From: a virus
Lineage: Duplodnaviria; Heunggongvirae; Uroviricota; Caudoviricetes
IMG/VR virus record: IMGVR_UViG_3300021387_000285
Direction: 5' to 3' (one strand)
Length of the DNA: 64,000 nt
Position numbers and translations under genes: made by a program. Of this stretch, positions 50,948-61,877 are shown in pieces. The notes under the pieces are model-generated. The model did no database searches. It was not told the origin of the DNA and was given only the letters and a program-made list of their open reading frames with translations. The first letter of the stretch is position 1. Each line of letters opens with the position of its first letter.

Positions 50948-53900
50948 TTGATAGATACATTTTTTGATGTGCATGCACATACAGAATATAGTAATATTAG
51001 GTTAATAGATTGTATAAATCATCCTAAGGACTTAATAAACAGAGCAATAGAAGTAGGGCTAAGTGGATGTAGTATAACAGACCACGAGGCTCTATGTTCG
51101 CATATAATTGTAAATAAATATGCGAAAGAAATTAAAGAAAAGTATCCTGATTTCACGATTGCATTAGGAAATGAGATATATTTAACAGAGACAAGAGATA
51201 GAGGACAAAAATATTATCATTTTATTTTATTAGCAAAAGATAGATTGGGATATAAAGGATTATGTGAATTATCTTCAACAGCTTGGTATAATGTTTATAC
51301 AGACAGGCGTCTTGAAAGAGTTCCAACTTTGAAAAGTGAACTTAAAGAGATAATGAAGAAATATAAAGGTCATATAATTGCAACTACCGCATGTATGGGC
51401 GGTGAATTATCAACAAATCTTTATGGATTGGCATTAGCAAGAAAAGAACAAGATAAAGAAAAAGAATTAGAATATTATAATAATGCTTGTGAGTTTATAA
51501 ACTTTTGTGTTGATGTATTTGGAAAAGAAGATTTCTATATAGAATGCGCGCCAAGTACAAAAGCAGACCAAGTATTAGTAAATAAACAATTATTAAATGT
51601 TGCTCATGCTTTTGGTTTAAAGATGGTTGTAGGAACTGATGCTCATTATTTAAAAAAAGAAGATAGGTATGTTCATAAATCATATCTTAATTCTAAACAA
51701 GAAGAACGTGAAGTTGATGATTTCTATGAATATGCTTATATGCAGTCGCCAGATGAAGTAAGAGAGCATCTGAGCGCCGCAATGAGTGATAGAGATATTG
51801 ATTGGATATTTGAAAACTCATTAGAAGTAAAAAAGAAAATAGATTTTTATAGTTTAGAGAAACATCAGCATATTCCAGAAGTAGCAGTAAAAAATTATCA
51901 AAAAGGTAAAAACTTTGATGTTGGTAATCGTACGGTCTTAAATGAATTATTTGAAAGTGATAATGTTCAAGAAAGATATTGGGTTAATCAATGTTGTGAA
52001 GCATTGATAAATAAAGGTATTGGATTAAAAGATAAATATCTTGACAGATTAGAAGAAGAAGCACGAGTTAAAAAAGTAATTGGTGAAAAACTTGAAACTT
52101 GTATGTTTGCATATCCTAATACTTTGCAGCATTATATTGATTTGTTTTGGCGATGCGGCAGTACGGTCGGCGCGGGACGTGGTTCCGCATGTTCTGGTTT
52201 AAATCATTATCTTTTGGGTGTAACTCAACTTGACCCGATTGAATGGTCATTACCATTCTGGAGATATCTTAATGATGAACGTGTTGAGTTAGGTGATATT
52301 GACCTTGATTTGGCACCGAGTAAACTTCCAAAGATATTTGAAGAAATTAGAAAAGAACGTGGAGAACTTGGAATAGTTCAAGTATGTACTTTTGGAACAG
52401 AGGCAACAAAATCAGCAGTATTGACAGCATGTCGTGGATATAGAAGTGAAGATTATCCAGATGGAATTGATGTTGATGATGCACAGTATATATCTTCGTT
52501 GGTTCCACAAGAGAGAGGATTTTTATGGGATTTACATGATATGATTGAAGGTAATCCTGATAAAGGCCGTATGCCGCAAAAACAATTTATTAATGCAGTT
52601 AATCAATATCCTGGATTATTAGATATTATGAGGGGTATTGAAGGTCTAGTGTCTCGTAGAGGTATTCATGCTTCTGGTGTTATTTTATTTGATGAAGATA
52701 TTTTTGATGAAGCAGCAATTATGCGAGCCAGAAATGGTAATTTAACAACTCAATGGGATTTGCATGACCAAGAAGCCGCAGGTAGTGTAAAATATGACTT
52801 TTTGTTAACAGCGGTTCAAGATATTATTATTGAGACAATTGATTTGTTACAGGCAGATGAAGTAATTGACCCAAAACTTTCATTAAGAGAAGTTTATGAT
52901 AAATATCTGCATCCAAATGTTCTTCCAAAAGACGATAAGAAAATGTGGGATGCACTTGCGGCCGGCAGTGTATTAGGAGTATTTCAGTTTGAAGGTTCTG
53001 TTGGTGCGCAAGCAGCAAAAAAGATTCGTCCGCAATCTCCATTGGAAATGGCAGACGCGAATGGATTGATGCGTTTGATGGCGAGCGAGCAAGGGGCAGA
53101 AATGCCATTGGATAAATATGTAAGATATAAAAATAATATCTCATTATGGTATAAAGAGATGGAAAGATGTGGTTTAACAGAAGATGAACAAAAAGTAGTT
53201 GAGCCATATTTTAAATCATCATATGGAGTTCCACCAAGTCAAGAACAATTAATGAGAATGTTAATGGATGAACATATTTGCGGTTTTTCATTAGCAGAAG
53301 CAAATGCAGCTCGTAAGATTGTTGGTAAGAAACAAATGTCAAAGATTCCAGGATTGAAACAGAAAGTATTAGAGAGCGCAACTTCAAAAAATCTTGGAGA
53401 ATATATTTGGAAATATGGCGCAGGACCGCAGATGGGTTATTCGTTTAGTATTATTCATGCGTTGGCATATTCATTCATTGGTATGCAAACTTTGTATTTA
53501 GGAACTCATTTTAATCCAGTCTATTGGAATACAGCATATTTAATTGTAAATAGTGGTGCATTAGATAGTGGAGAAGATGAAGATAACGATAAACAAGATG
53601 GAACAAATTATACAAAGTTAGCAAAAGCGATAGGGCAGATTAGGGCAGCAGGTATTCAAGTAAGTTTGGCAGATATAAACCGAAGCGAGTTTGGATTTGT
53701 CCCTGACCCAGAGAATAATCAAATCTTGTTTGGTATGAAAGGTATGTTAAATGTTGGTGATGATGTAATTGAAGAAATTATTTCAAATCGCCCATATGTA
53801 TCACCACGAGATTTTGTAAATAAAGTAAAACCAAAGAAGAATGTAATGATGTCTCTTATTAAAGGTGGAGCTTTTGATAAGATGATGGATAGAAAAGAAT

Positions 53901-54835
53901 GCATGGCTTGGTATATTTGGGAGACCTGTGATAAAAAACAAAAAGTGAATCTTCAAAATATGGCAGGTTTAATGCAATATAAATTAGTTCCAGAAGATAC
54001 AGAAGAGCGAATAATGGCGCGACGCATATATGAGTTTAATAGATATTTAAAAGCAATTACAATTAGTGCAAATAAATTAAAACCATATTATGTTTTAGAT
54101 GAGCGCGCAATGTCATTCTTAATAGATATTCAACAAGAACAATTGATTTGTCAAAATGGTAATATATATTGTATTTTAAAAACAGACTGGGATAAAATAT
54201 ATCAAAAATGGATGGATGTATTTAGAACTTGGATGACAGAAAATCAACAATATATTTTACATGAATATAATAAATTGATATTCTTAAATGATTGGAATAA
54301 ATATGCAAAAGGAACAATTTCAGCTTGGGAAATGGAAGCATTATGTTTTTATTATCATGAGCATGAATTAAGTAATATAAATAATAATCAATATGGGTTT
54401 GTTAATTTTTATGATTTACCAACAGACCCAGAGATAGATAGAAGTTTCACAAAAAATGGTAAAACAATTAACTTATATAAATTATATAAGATTTGCGGGA
54501 CTTGTATTGCAAAGAATAAAAATAAAAGTACAGTTAGTTTATTAACAACAAATGGTGTTGTTGATGTTAAGTTTAGAAAAGAGTATTTCGCTTTGTTTGA
54601 TAAACAAATATCAGCAAGGGGAGATGATGGGAAAAAACATATTGTTGAAAAATCTTGGTTTAATCGTGGAAGTATGATTATTGTTCAAGGAATTAGATGT
54701 GATGATATGTTCGTAGCGAAAAAATATGCATCAAGTGGCGGGCATCAGTTATATAAAATTGATGAAGTAATTGATAATGAAATTAAAATTAGAACCACAA
54801 GAGCACAAGGAGATATGGAAGATGAAGACGATTAA
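50948..54835 (+). CDS. dnaE: DNA polymerase III alpha subunit (DnaE-type, N-terminal PHP domain), 1295 aa. TAG-free.
   Basis: PHP motifs FFDVHAHTEYS and ..TDHEAL.. then the Pol III alpha core. A single uninterrupted ORF. Confidence 0.85.
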   Translation: MIDTFFDVHAHTEYSNIRLIDCINHPKDLINRAIEVGLSGCSITDHEALCSHIIVNKYAKEIKEKYPDFTIALGNEIYLTETRDRGQKYYHFILLAKDRLGYKGLCELSSTAWYNVYTDRRLERVPTLKSELKEIMKKYKGHIIATTACMGGELSTNLYGLALARKEQDKEKELEYYNNACEFINFCVDVFGKEDFYIECAPSTKADQVLVNKQLLNVAHAFGLKMVVGTDAHYLKKEDRYVHKSYLNSKQEEREVDDFYEYAYMQSPDEVREHLSAAMSDRDIDWIFENSLEVKKKIDFYSLEKHQHIPEVAVKNYQKGKNFDVGNRTVLNELFESDNVQERYWVNQCCEALINKGIGLKDKYLDRLEEEARVKKVIGEKLETCMFAYPNTLQHYIDLFWRCGSTVGAGRGSACSGLNHYLLGVTQLDPIEWSLPFWRYLNDERVELGDIDLDLAPSKLPKIFEEIRKERGELGIVQVCTFGTEATKSAVLTACRGYRSEDYPDGIDVDDAQYISSLVPQERGFLWDLHDMIEGNPDKGRMPQKQFINAVNQYPGLLDIMRGIEGLVSRRGIHASGVILFDEDIFDEAAIMRARNGNLTTQWDLHDQEAAGSVKYDFLLTAVQDIIIETIDLLQADEVIDPKLSLREVYDKYLHPNVLPKDDKKMWDALAAGSVLGVFQFEGSVGAQAAKKIRPQSPLEMADANGLMRLMASEQGAEMPLDKYVRYKNNISLWYKEMERCGLTEDEQKVVEPYFKSSYGVPPSQEQLMRMLMDEHICGFSLAEANAARKIVGKKQMSKIPGLKQKVLESATSKNLGEYIWKYGAGPQMGYSFSIIHALAYSFIGMQTLYLGTHFNPVYWNTAYLIVNSGALDSGEDEDNDKQDGTNYTKLAKAIGQIRAAGIQVSLADINRSEFGFVPDPENNQILFGMKGMLNVGDDVIEEIISNRPYVSPRDFVNKVKPKKNVMMSLIKGGAFDKMMDRKECMAWYIWETCDKKQKVNLQNMAGLMQYKLVPEDTEERIMARRIYEFNRYLKAITISANKLKPYYVLDERAMSFLIDIQQEQLICQNGNIYCILKTDWDKIYQKWMDVFRTWMTENQQYILHEYNKLIFLNDWNKYAKGTISAWEMEALCFYYHEHELSNINNNQYGFVNFYDLPTDPEIDRSFTKNGKTINLYKLYKICGTCIAKNKNKSTVSLLTTNGVVDVKFRKEYFALFDKQISARGDDGKKHIVEKSWFNRGSMIIVQGIRCDDMFVAKKYASSGGHQLYKIDEVIDNEIKIRTTRAQGDMEDEDD

Positions 54836-55049
54836 TAATAAAGTGTGTATAGAAATTAACCGTACTGATATTTTATGCGATAATTGTAATAGTGTTTTAA
54901 AAATACAGAAAAATAAATATCACCACTGGTGGCAATTTTGGAAAACGCCACCAATAGGATATCAATATAAATGCCCTAAATGCGGACAGATAACGCATAA
55001 TGAAAAATGTTATCCAATTATAAGGACGATAAAAGAATGGAAAGTATAA
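54822..55049 (+). CDS. Zinc-ribbon small protein.
   Basis: CDNCN...CPKCG. AAGGAG RBS upstream. Confidence 0.4.
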   Translation: MKTINNKVCIEINRTDILCDNCNSVLKIQKNKYHHWWQFWKTPPIGYQYKCPKCGQITHNEKCYPIIRTIKEWKV

Positions 55050-55204
55050 AAAGATATAATAATTTACAAAAAATAGTACATAATATATGTTGTGATATTT
55101 GTAATAAAGAAATGGTACAAGATGATTCAATTGTATTAACAACATATCCAGTTCAATATAAATATATTTGTAAAGAATGCGGGTATACAACTACATCTTT
55201 TTAG
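55037..55204 (+). CDS. Zinc-ribbon small protein.
   Basis: CCDICN...CKECG. Confidence 0.35.
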   Translation: MESIKRYNNLQKIVHNICCDICNKEMVQDDSIVLTTYPVQYKYICKECGYTTTSF

Positions 55205-55242
55205 CCATATCCTTGGATAGAAATTATAGGAGATGAGGTATT

Positions 55243-55836
55243 ATGAATGATTATAATATTATTGCGATAATGGGAAAAGCTGGTTCTGGAAAAGATACTC
55301 TATTAAAAGCTTTACTTCAAGAATTGACTTTTACTAATATTGCGCGACCTATTATTAGTTGTACGACTCGTCCTATTAGAGAAGGAGAAGTTGATGGAGT
55401 TGATTACCATTATCTTACAAAAGAACAATTTACTGATTAGGTTCTTAATGGAGATATGTTAGAAGCAACAGTTTTTAATAGCTGGTGTTATGGTACATCT
55501 TTAACTAATCTTTCATAGAACCATTTAAATATTGGAGTATTTAATCCAGAAGGCGTAGAAATACTTCGTGATAATAACCATATAAATCTATTTGTAATTT
55601 ATATACAAGCAGATGATAAAACAAGATTATTAAGATAGCTGAATAGAGAAGGTAATCCAGACTGTCATGAAATAGTTAGACGATTTGGAACTGACGAAAC
55701 AGATTTTAATGATGAAGTAATAGATTATATTCAACCTGACTTATATGTAGCCAATGGTGATGGTGTAGATATACATAATATCGCTAAATAGATTGCGGCC
55801 GCATGGGAGTCAGGGCAAATCTCATTAAAAAAATAA
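55243..55836 (+). CDS. gmk: Guanylate kinase with 4 in-frame TAG.
   Basis: GKAGSGKDTL and TTRPIREGEVDGVDYHYL. The track ORF is only the first 65 codons. Confidence 0.7.
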
Positions 55837-55902
55837 AAAGAAAAACTAAATATAATGATACCCTAGAGAAGACATTAACTATATTTAGTTGGAGGAATTA
55901 AA

Positions 55903-58152
55903 ATGACAATTATTAAACGAGATGGAACAGCAGTTCCATTTGATTGTAATAAGATTATAAGTGCAATAAATAAAGCATTTAAAGAAGTTGATGGAGAAGT
56001 ATTTGAAAATGATACCGCAACTGATATAGCTTTAGAGATTAGTCATAAAGTTGATAACAGTCCTGTGGCAGTAACGGTAGAAACGATATAGGATTGGGTA
56101 GAACAATATCTAATGCGCTCTGAGCGTCCAGATGTAGCAAGAGCTTATATTAGATATAGATATAGAAAAGAAGTTGCAAGAGATTTTTAGAGTGACTTTA
56201 TTGATACAATTATTGAAAAATTAGAAGCAGATGATGTTCAAAATCAAAATGCTAATGTTGATGAGCATTCATTTGGCGGGCGCACAGGTGAAGCCAGCAG
56301 TGTAATGACTAAAAAATTAGCATTGGAACATTTAGTATCTCCAATGGCAAGAGCAAACCATGAAAATAATGAAATCTATATTCATGATTTAGATGCATAT
56401 TATGTTGGCTCTCATAACTGTTTGAGTATTCCTTTTGATGAATTACTTGCTAATGGATTCAATACCAGATAGACAGATGTGCGGCCGGCCGGTTCTGTGA
56501 ATACTGCATGTCAGTTAACTGCTGTTATTTTTCAACTTTAGTCTTTACAACAGTTCGGTGGAGTAAGTGCGACTCATATAGATTGGACAATGGTTCCCTA
56601 TATCCGTAAAAGTTTTTATAAACACTTTAAAGATGGAGTCCACTATATTGAAAATAAAATAATTGACAGTCTTTCAAGTGATGTAGATAGTAAAAATATA
56701 TCTATTGACAGTGATTTTTATAAAGATTTAAATTGCCCTAGAGCCTATGATTATGCTATGGATATGACAGAAAAAGAAACTCATTAGGCAGTAGAAGGTC
56801 TTTATCATAACCTTAATACTTTACAAAGTCGTTCTGGTAACTAGTTACCTTTTACATCTTTAAATTATGGTACCTGTACTCTTCCAGAAGGAAGAATGTT
56901 TACTCAAGCACTCTTGGATGTAAGCATTGAAGGACTTGGTAAAATCCATAAAACTAGTATTTTCCCATGTGGGATTTTCCAGTATATGAAAGGTGTAAAT
57001 AATAAACCTGGTACACCCAACTATGATTTATATCAACTAGCATTACAAAGCACTGCTAAAAGGTTATATCCAAATTATGCTAATGTAGATTGGTCTGGAA
57101 ATGCAGGATATGATAGAAATGACCCTTGCACTTATTTTTCAACCATGGGTTGTAGAACGGTCAATGGGGCAGACATTAATGCAAATCCAGGAGTCAATCC
57201 TCAGCGTAAAGATGGCCGTGGTAATATATGTCCTGTAACTATTATTCTTCCTACACTTGCCATGGAAGCTGTATAGAATATAGACGATGATGAATATGCT
57301 AATGGAAAAGAAAGTATTATTAATGCTTTCATGGAGCTTTTGGATAAAAAAATCTATGAAGCAAGAGATATGCTTCTTGAGAGATTTGATTGGATTTGTT
57401 CTCAATCTCCAGCCAGTGCAAAATTTATGTATGAAAATAATACAATGAGTGGGTATATTCCAGAAGAAGGAATATATAGTGCGCTCAAGCATGGTACTCT
57501 TGTTATTGGACAATTAGGCTTAGCAGAAGCATTACAGATTTTAATTGGCTGCGACCATACAACTGAAAAAGGTATGGAACTTGCAAAGAGAATTGAGCAG
57601 TTATTTAAAGATAGATGCGCTCAATTTAAACAGGAAGAACATTTAAACTTTGGTGTTTATTATACGCCTGCTGAAAACCTTTGTTATACAGCATTAAAGA
57701 AGTTTAGAGATAAATATGGAGTTATTAAAAACGTGAGTGATAAAGAATTCTTTACAAATAGCATGCATGTACCTGTATGGAAGAAACTTTCTCCTTTTGA
57801 TAAAATTGATATTGAGAGTCAATTAACGGGATATAGCAATGCTGGATGCATTACTTATGTTGAATTAGAAAGTTCTGTTCGTAATAATTTAACTGCTTTG
57901 GAACAAATTGTTAACTATGCTATGGACCATGATATTCCATATTTTGCTGTTAATGTTCCTAATGATACTTGCTTGGATTGCGGTTTTACTGGTGAGTTTA
58001 ATGGCAAATGTCCTATTTGCGGCAGCACCCATATCCAGCAATTACGTAGAGTAACTGGTTATTTAACTGGTGACTATACATCAGCATTTAATTTAGGAAA
58101 ACAAGATGAGGTACATCATCGTGTAAAACATACTGGAGATTTAGAGCAATAA
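55903..58152 (+). CDS. nrdD: Anaerobic ribonucleoside-triphosphate reductase (class III, NrdD) with 7 in-frame TAG.
   Basis: N-terminal ATP cone, C-terminal Zn site CLDCG...CPICG and a glycyl-radical RVTGYL. Joins four track ORFs in one frame. Confidence 0.8.
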
Positions 58153-58168
58153 GACAGGAGGGATATAT

Positions 58169-58654
58169 ATGAGATACGCAGGTATTATTCGTAATGATAT
58201 CTCTGCTGGTGAAGGAGTATGCGTCACATTCTTTTTACAAGGATGTGACCTCCATTGCCCCGGTTGTCATAATCAACAAACTTGGGATTTTAATGGTGGT
58301 TATGAGTTTACTCAAGAGACATTAGATAATATAATAAATGCTTTATCTGCTAATGGCGTTCAACGTAATTTTTGTATTATGGGTGGAGAGCCATTACATG
58401 AAAATAATTTATTTTTAACTAATTTAGTAATTACAGAAGTTAAAAAACATTATCCTGATATTAAGATTTACTTATGGACAGGATATAAATATGAACAATT
58501 AATTGACAAATAGGAAAAATTATTGTAGAATATATTAAAGAATATAAATGTTTTAGTTGATGGGCCTTTTATTTTAGAACAAAGAGATATCACTTTACCA
58601 ATGAGAGGTTCTAAGAATCAACGTGTTATAGTGTTAAAGGAGAATGATAAATGA
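58169..58654 (+). CDS. nrdG: Anaerobic RNR activating enzyme (NrdG, radical SAM) with 2 in-frame TAG.
   Basis: CVTFFLQGCDLHCPGCHN cluster. Confidence 0.75.
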
Positions 58655-59022
58655 TTATTACTTTATGTGGCAGCACAAGATTTAAAAATGAATTTGAAAT
58701 GGCAAATAAAACTTTAACAATGTAGGGACATATTGTTCTTGCTCCTGGTATTTTTCATCATGCAGATGGTGATGAATTAACTACTGAAGATAAAATTAGA
58801 TTAGACAATTTACATAAACAGAAAATCAATATGAGTGATGCTATCTTTGTAATCAATCAAGATGGTTATATTGGTGAAAGCACATTCGGTGAAATTGACT
58901 GGGCGCAGCGTATGGATAAAAAGATTTTCTTTTTGATTGATCCAGAGAAGGAGAATAATGATACTTCTGCTCCAGATGTTGAGCCAGTGGTAAATAGTGA
59001 GGAAGAGGAAAGTGCCGAGTAA
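58651..59022 (+). CDS. Nucleoside 2-deoxyribosyltransferase-like superfamily (DUF4406-like) protein with 1 in-frame TAG.
   Basis: LCGSTRF...DGYIGESTFGEIDWA (catalytic-Glu-like motif). ATGA overlap with nrdG. Confidence 0.4.
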
Positions 59023-59038
59023 CACTAATGAAGATTTA

Positions 59039-59734
59039 ATGTTTAATTTTGATTGTCTAAATAATAAAATGTAGGCAATCAATAAAATGAATTAGATTAC
59101 AAAAGCAGAAGCATTAAATCAAATGGAAATTGTAAAATAGGATAAATTACTCCCATTATGCGAAGGCTTCACTGTTGATAATGAAGATGAAGAAGATGAT
59201 TGCGATACTTTAATATGCGAGTAGTATTGGCCTGGGATATATTATCTTAGTGAAGATGGAGAAATCCCTATTCCTTTACCATTATATCACCCAGATTGCG
59301 AATGCTTTATTACTCCTTTTGGAGGTCAATTAATGCCAATAGATAATCATGGTATTGTATCTGAAGCATTATATCAATTATAGTTAGAAATAAAAACTAT
59401 TCAAGAAAAATATTTAGAATCTATAACGTCTAAATTAATTAATTACTATAATTTTGTTAAAGAAACAAAACCAGAATTATTAACAGACAAAGATAAATGG
59501 ATGAAAGATAACCATGATATAGATATTTATAATAAATGGCATGATAATGTTAAAGAAGATATTTTAGATTTATTAAATGATATGATGGAAGAAGTTTATA
59601 GCACTACTTCTTCAGAGCTTAGAACAATTTATGGAGATTATGATTATCCTGTAAGTAAAATTGCTTTTTATGATAAAGATGGAAAAACAATAGAAGAACG
59701 TTTAGACCGCTGGTTTAATTTTTACAAAGAGTAA
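59039..59734 (+). CDS. Hypothetical protein with 5 in-frame TAG.
   Basis: Frame is open from the ATG at 59039 to the TAA. The track ORF 59501-59734 is its tail. Confidence 0.35.
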
Positions 59735-59748
59735 AAGGAGTAACATAT

Positions 59749-60270
59749 ATGAAAATATATTTAGCTGGCCCAATTTTCTTTTATGGTGATTATTTAAGAA
59801 ATATTGAATGGGCAAATAAAATTAGGCAAGCATTTCCTGATGCTTATGTTTATAGCCCAGTAGAAAATACTGATATAAATGGTGTAGAAGGAAAGAAGAA
59901 GTTTGCCGGTTCATAGGAGATTGCTAATGGTGATAACATTCGGTTAGACAATACTGATGTGCTTATCGCTTGTATTGATGGGGATGTTCTTCCTTCTGGC
60001 ACGTGCGCTGAAGTGGGAAAATTCCACGAAAAAATAGCAAGGGGAGACAATAAGTATATTATTGGTGTTTGTACTGATACTCGTCAGTGCTTTAATACTC
60101 ATAGCGATGCAAAAGATAGAGGAGGTGCCGCAAGTCTCGGCGAGCAGCAATACTCTTATTAGAATCTCTATGTCACTGGCTTAATCAAACAAGCAGGCGT
60201 ATTAGTAAGTGATATTGATGAAGTTATCAAAGTATTAAGAAAAGTCTACGATACTTACGATAATGATTAA
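59749..60270 (+). CDS. Nucleoside 2-deoxyribosyltransferase (NDT family) with 2 in-frame TAG.
   Basis: MKIYLAGPIFF is the NDT family signature. AAAGGAG RBS upstream. Confidence 0.65.
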
Positions 60271-60466
60271 TATTTTAAAAGTTGATACTAATAAGATAGA
60301 TACAGATACAACATATAAAGTAGCTACACAATTACGTAAAGTCCTTAATGAAGAAGACGTTGTTCTAGTTCTACCTTATGGTATAGATGTATTATTAGAT
60401 GTTCCAATAGAAGAAATAATTTCTATTAGAGATAATTTAAATGAAATTATCAAATCAAGGAGTTAA
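60263..60466 (+). CDS. Hypothetical small protein.
   Basis: ORF from the track. Confidence 0.35.
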   Translation: MINILKVDTNKIDTDTTYKVATQLRKVLNEEDVVLVLPYGIDVLLDVPIEEIISIRDNLNEIIKSRS

Positions 60467-60473
60467 AATAAAA

Positions 60474-61733
60474 ATGATTTATAATATAAATGACAGATTG
60501 CCTTTTGGTAAATTAGTTTCATTCTCAGTACAATTGATGTTATCTGTTTTTGTAGCAACAGTTTTAATTGCAAATATTTGCGGTGTCGCGGTTAGTGGAG
60601 CACTGGTTGGTGCAGGACTTTCCACCATTTGTTATCTCTTAATTACTGGTTTTAAGTCTCCTATGTTTATCTCAAACAGCGGAGCATTTGTTGCGCCAGT
60701 AATGGCCGCGTTGGCTTTAGGCGGTTATACTGCAGTTGCTATTGGTGGACTTGTGACTTGTGTAATTTATAGTTTATTTGGAATTATTTTTACTCGCATT
60801 CCAGTAGATAAGATATACAAAGTTTTCCCACCTGCGCTCATTGGTGCCGTAACTGTAGTTATTGGTGTTAACTTAATGCCATTTATTCTTAGTTATGTGC
60901 AGATTGCAGGAGTAACTAGTCAATGGGGCATTATAGTTGCGCTGATTACTATGCTTGCAATTGCGCTTATTAGCCACTATGCTAAAGGGATGCTAAAGAT
61001 TCTCCCATTTTTACTTGGAACTTTAGTTGGATATGTAGTTGCTATTATCCTTACAGTTAGTGGCGTATATGAAATAGTTGATTTTTCCGTTTTTAAGGAT
61101 TTAAAATTATTTATCGTCCCAGACTTCGCATTTCTACATTGGACTTCTGTGCAGCTCTCTACAATTCTTCCAGTTATAATTATGTACATAGCATACACAA
61201 TTTCTGCAATGATGGAATGTTTATCTGACCATGCTGCTTTAGGAGGAATTATTGGTGTAGACTTATACAGAAATCCTGGCTTAGGAAGAATCTTTATTGG
61301 AGAAGGGTTTGCCAACTTAGTAGGTTCAGTATTCGGCGGGCTTGGTGAATGTTCCTATGGAGAAGGGGTAGCCTGTGTAGGATTTAGCAAAGTAGCTTCA
61401 ACCTTTGTCACCGTAGGTGCCGCAATTATCCTTATCCTCTTAGGATTTCTCGCTCCGGTTCAAGCTTTTATCGCATCAATTCCAAGTTGTGTATTCGCAG
61501 GTGCCGCTATCATATTATACGGTTTCATCGCTTGTAGTGGAATAAAGATGCTGCAAAAAACTGATTTAAATATCCAAAAGAACTTAATTATTGTATCTTC
61601 TGTTCTTTCTCTTGGTATTAGTGGTCTTGTAGTCGGCGGTACAACAATTAGTTTCTCAGCAACAGCACTTGCCTTAATCGTGGGAATTATTTTAAATATC
61701 TGTTTGCGTGATAAAAGCGTAAAAAATGGTTGA
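60474..61733 (+). CDS. NCS2-family nucleobase (uracil/xanthine-type) permease. TAG-free.
   Basis: About 12 TM helices. QLMLSVFVATVLIA resembles the NCS2 QHxxAMFGATV signature. Confidence 0.65.
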   Translation: MIYNINDRLPFGKLVSFSVQLMLSVFVATVLIANICGVAVSGALVGAGLSTICYLLITGFKSPMFISNSGAFVAPVMAALALGGYTAVAIGGLVTCVIYSLFGIIFTRIPVDKIYKVFPPALIGAVTVVIGVNLMPFILSYVQIAGVTSQWGIIVALITMLAIALISHYAKGMLKILPFLLGTLVGYVVAIILTVSGVYEIVDFSVFKDLKLFIVPDFAFLHWTSVQLSTILPVIIMYIAYTISAMMECLSDHAALGGIIGVDLYRNPGLGRIFIGEGFANLVGSVFGGLGECSYGEGVACVGFSKVASTFVTVGAAIILILLGFLAPVQAFIASIPSCVFAGAAIILYGFIACSGIKMLQKTDLNIQKNLIIVSSVLSLGISGLVVGGTTISFSATALALIVGIILNICLRDKSVKNG

Positions 61734-61830
61734 AACTTGGCGGACGCAAGAACTCCTCCGGCCGCTGGGGGATGTCTCAACCGAAATCCAAAATAAAAAA
61801 TCCGTTGGGTATTTTTTAACCAAAAACAAG

Positions 61831-61877
61831 AAAAAAGGGTTAGACTTATAAAAAGTCTAACCCTTTATTTTATTTTA
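61831..61877. terminator. Bidirectional hairpin terminator.
   Basis: AAGGGTTAGACT..AGTCTAACCCTT stem with A6 upstream and a T-run downstream. Confidence 0.7.
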
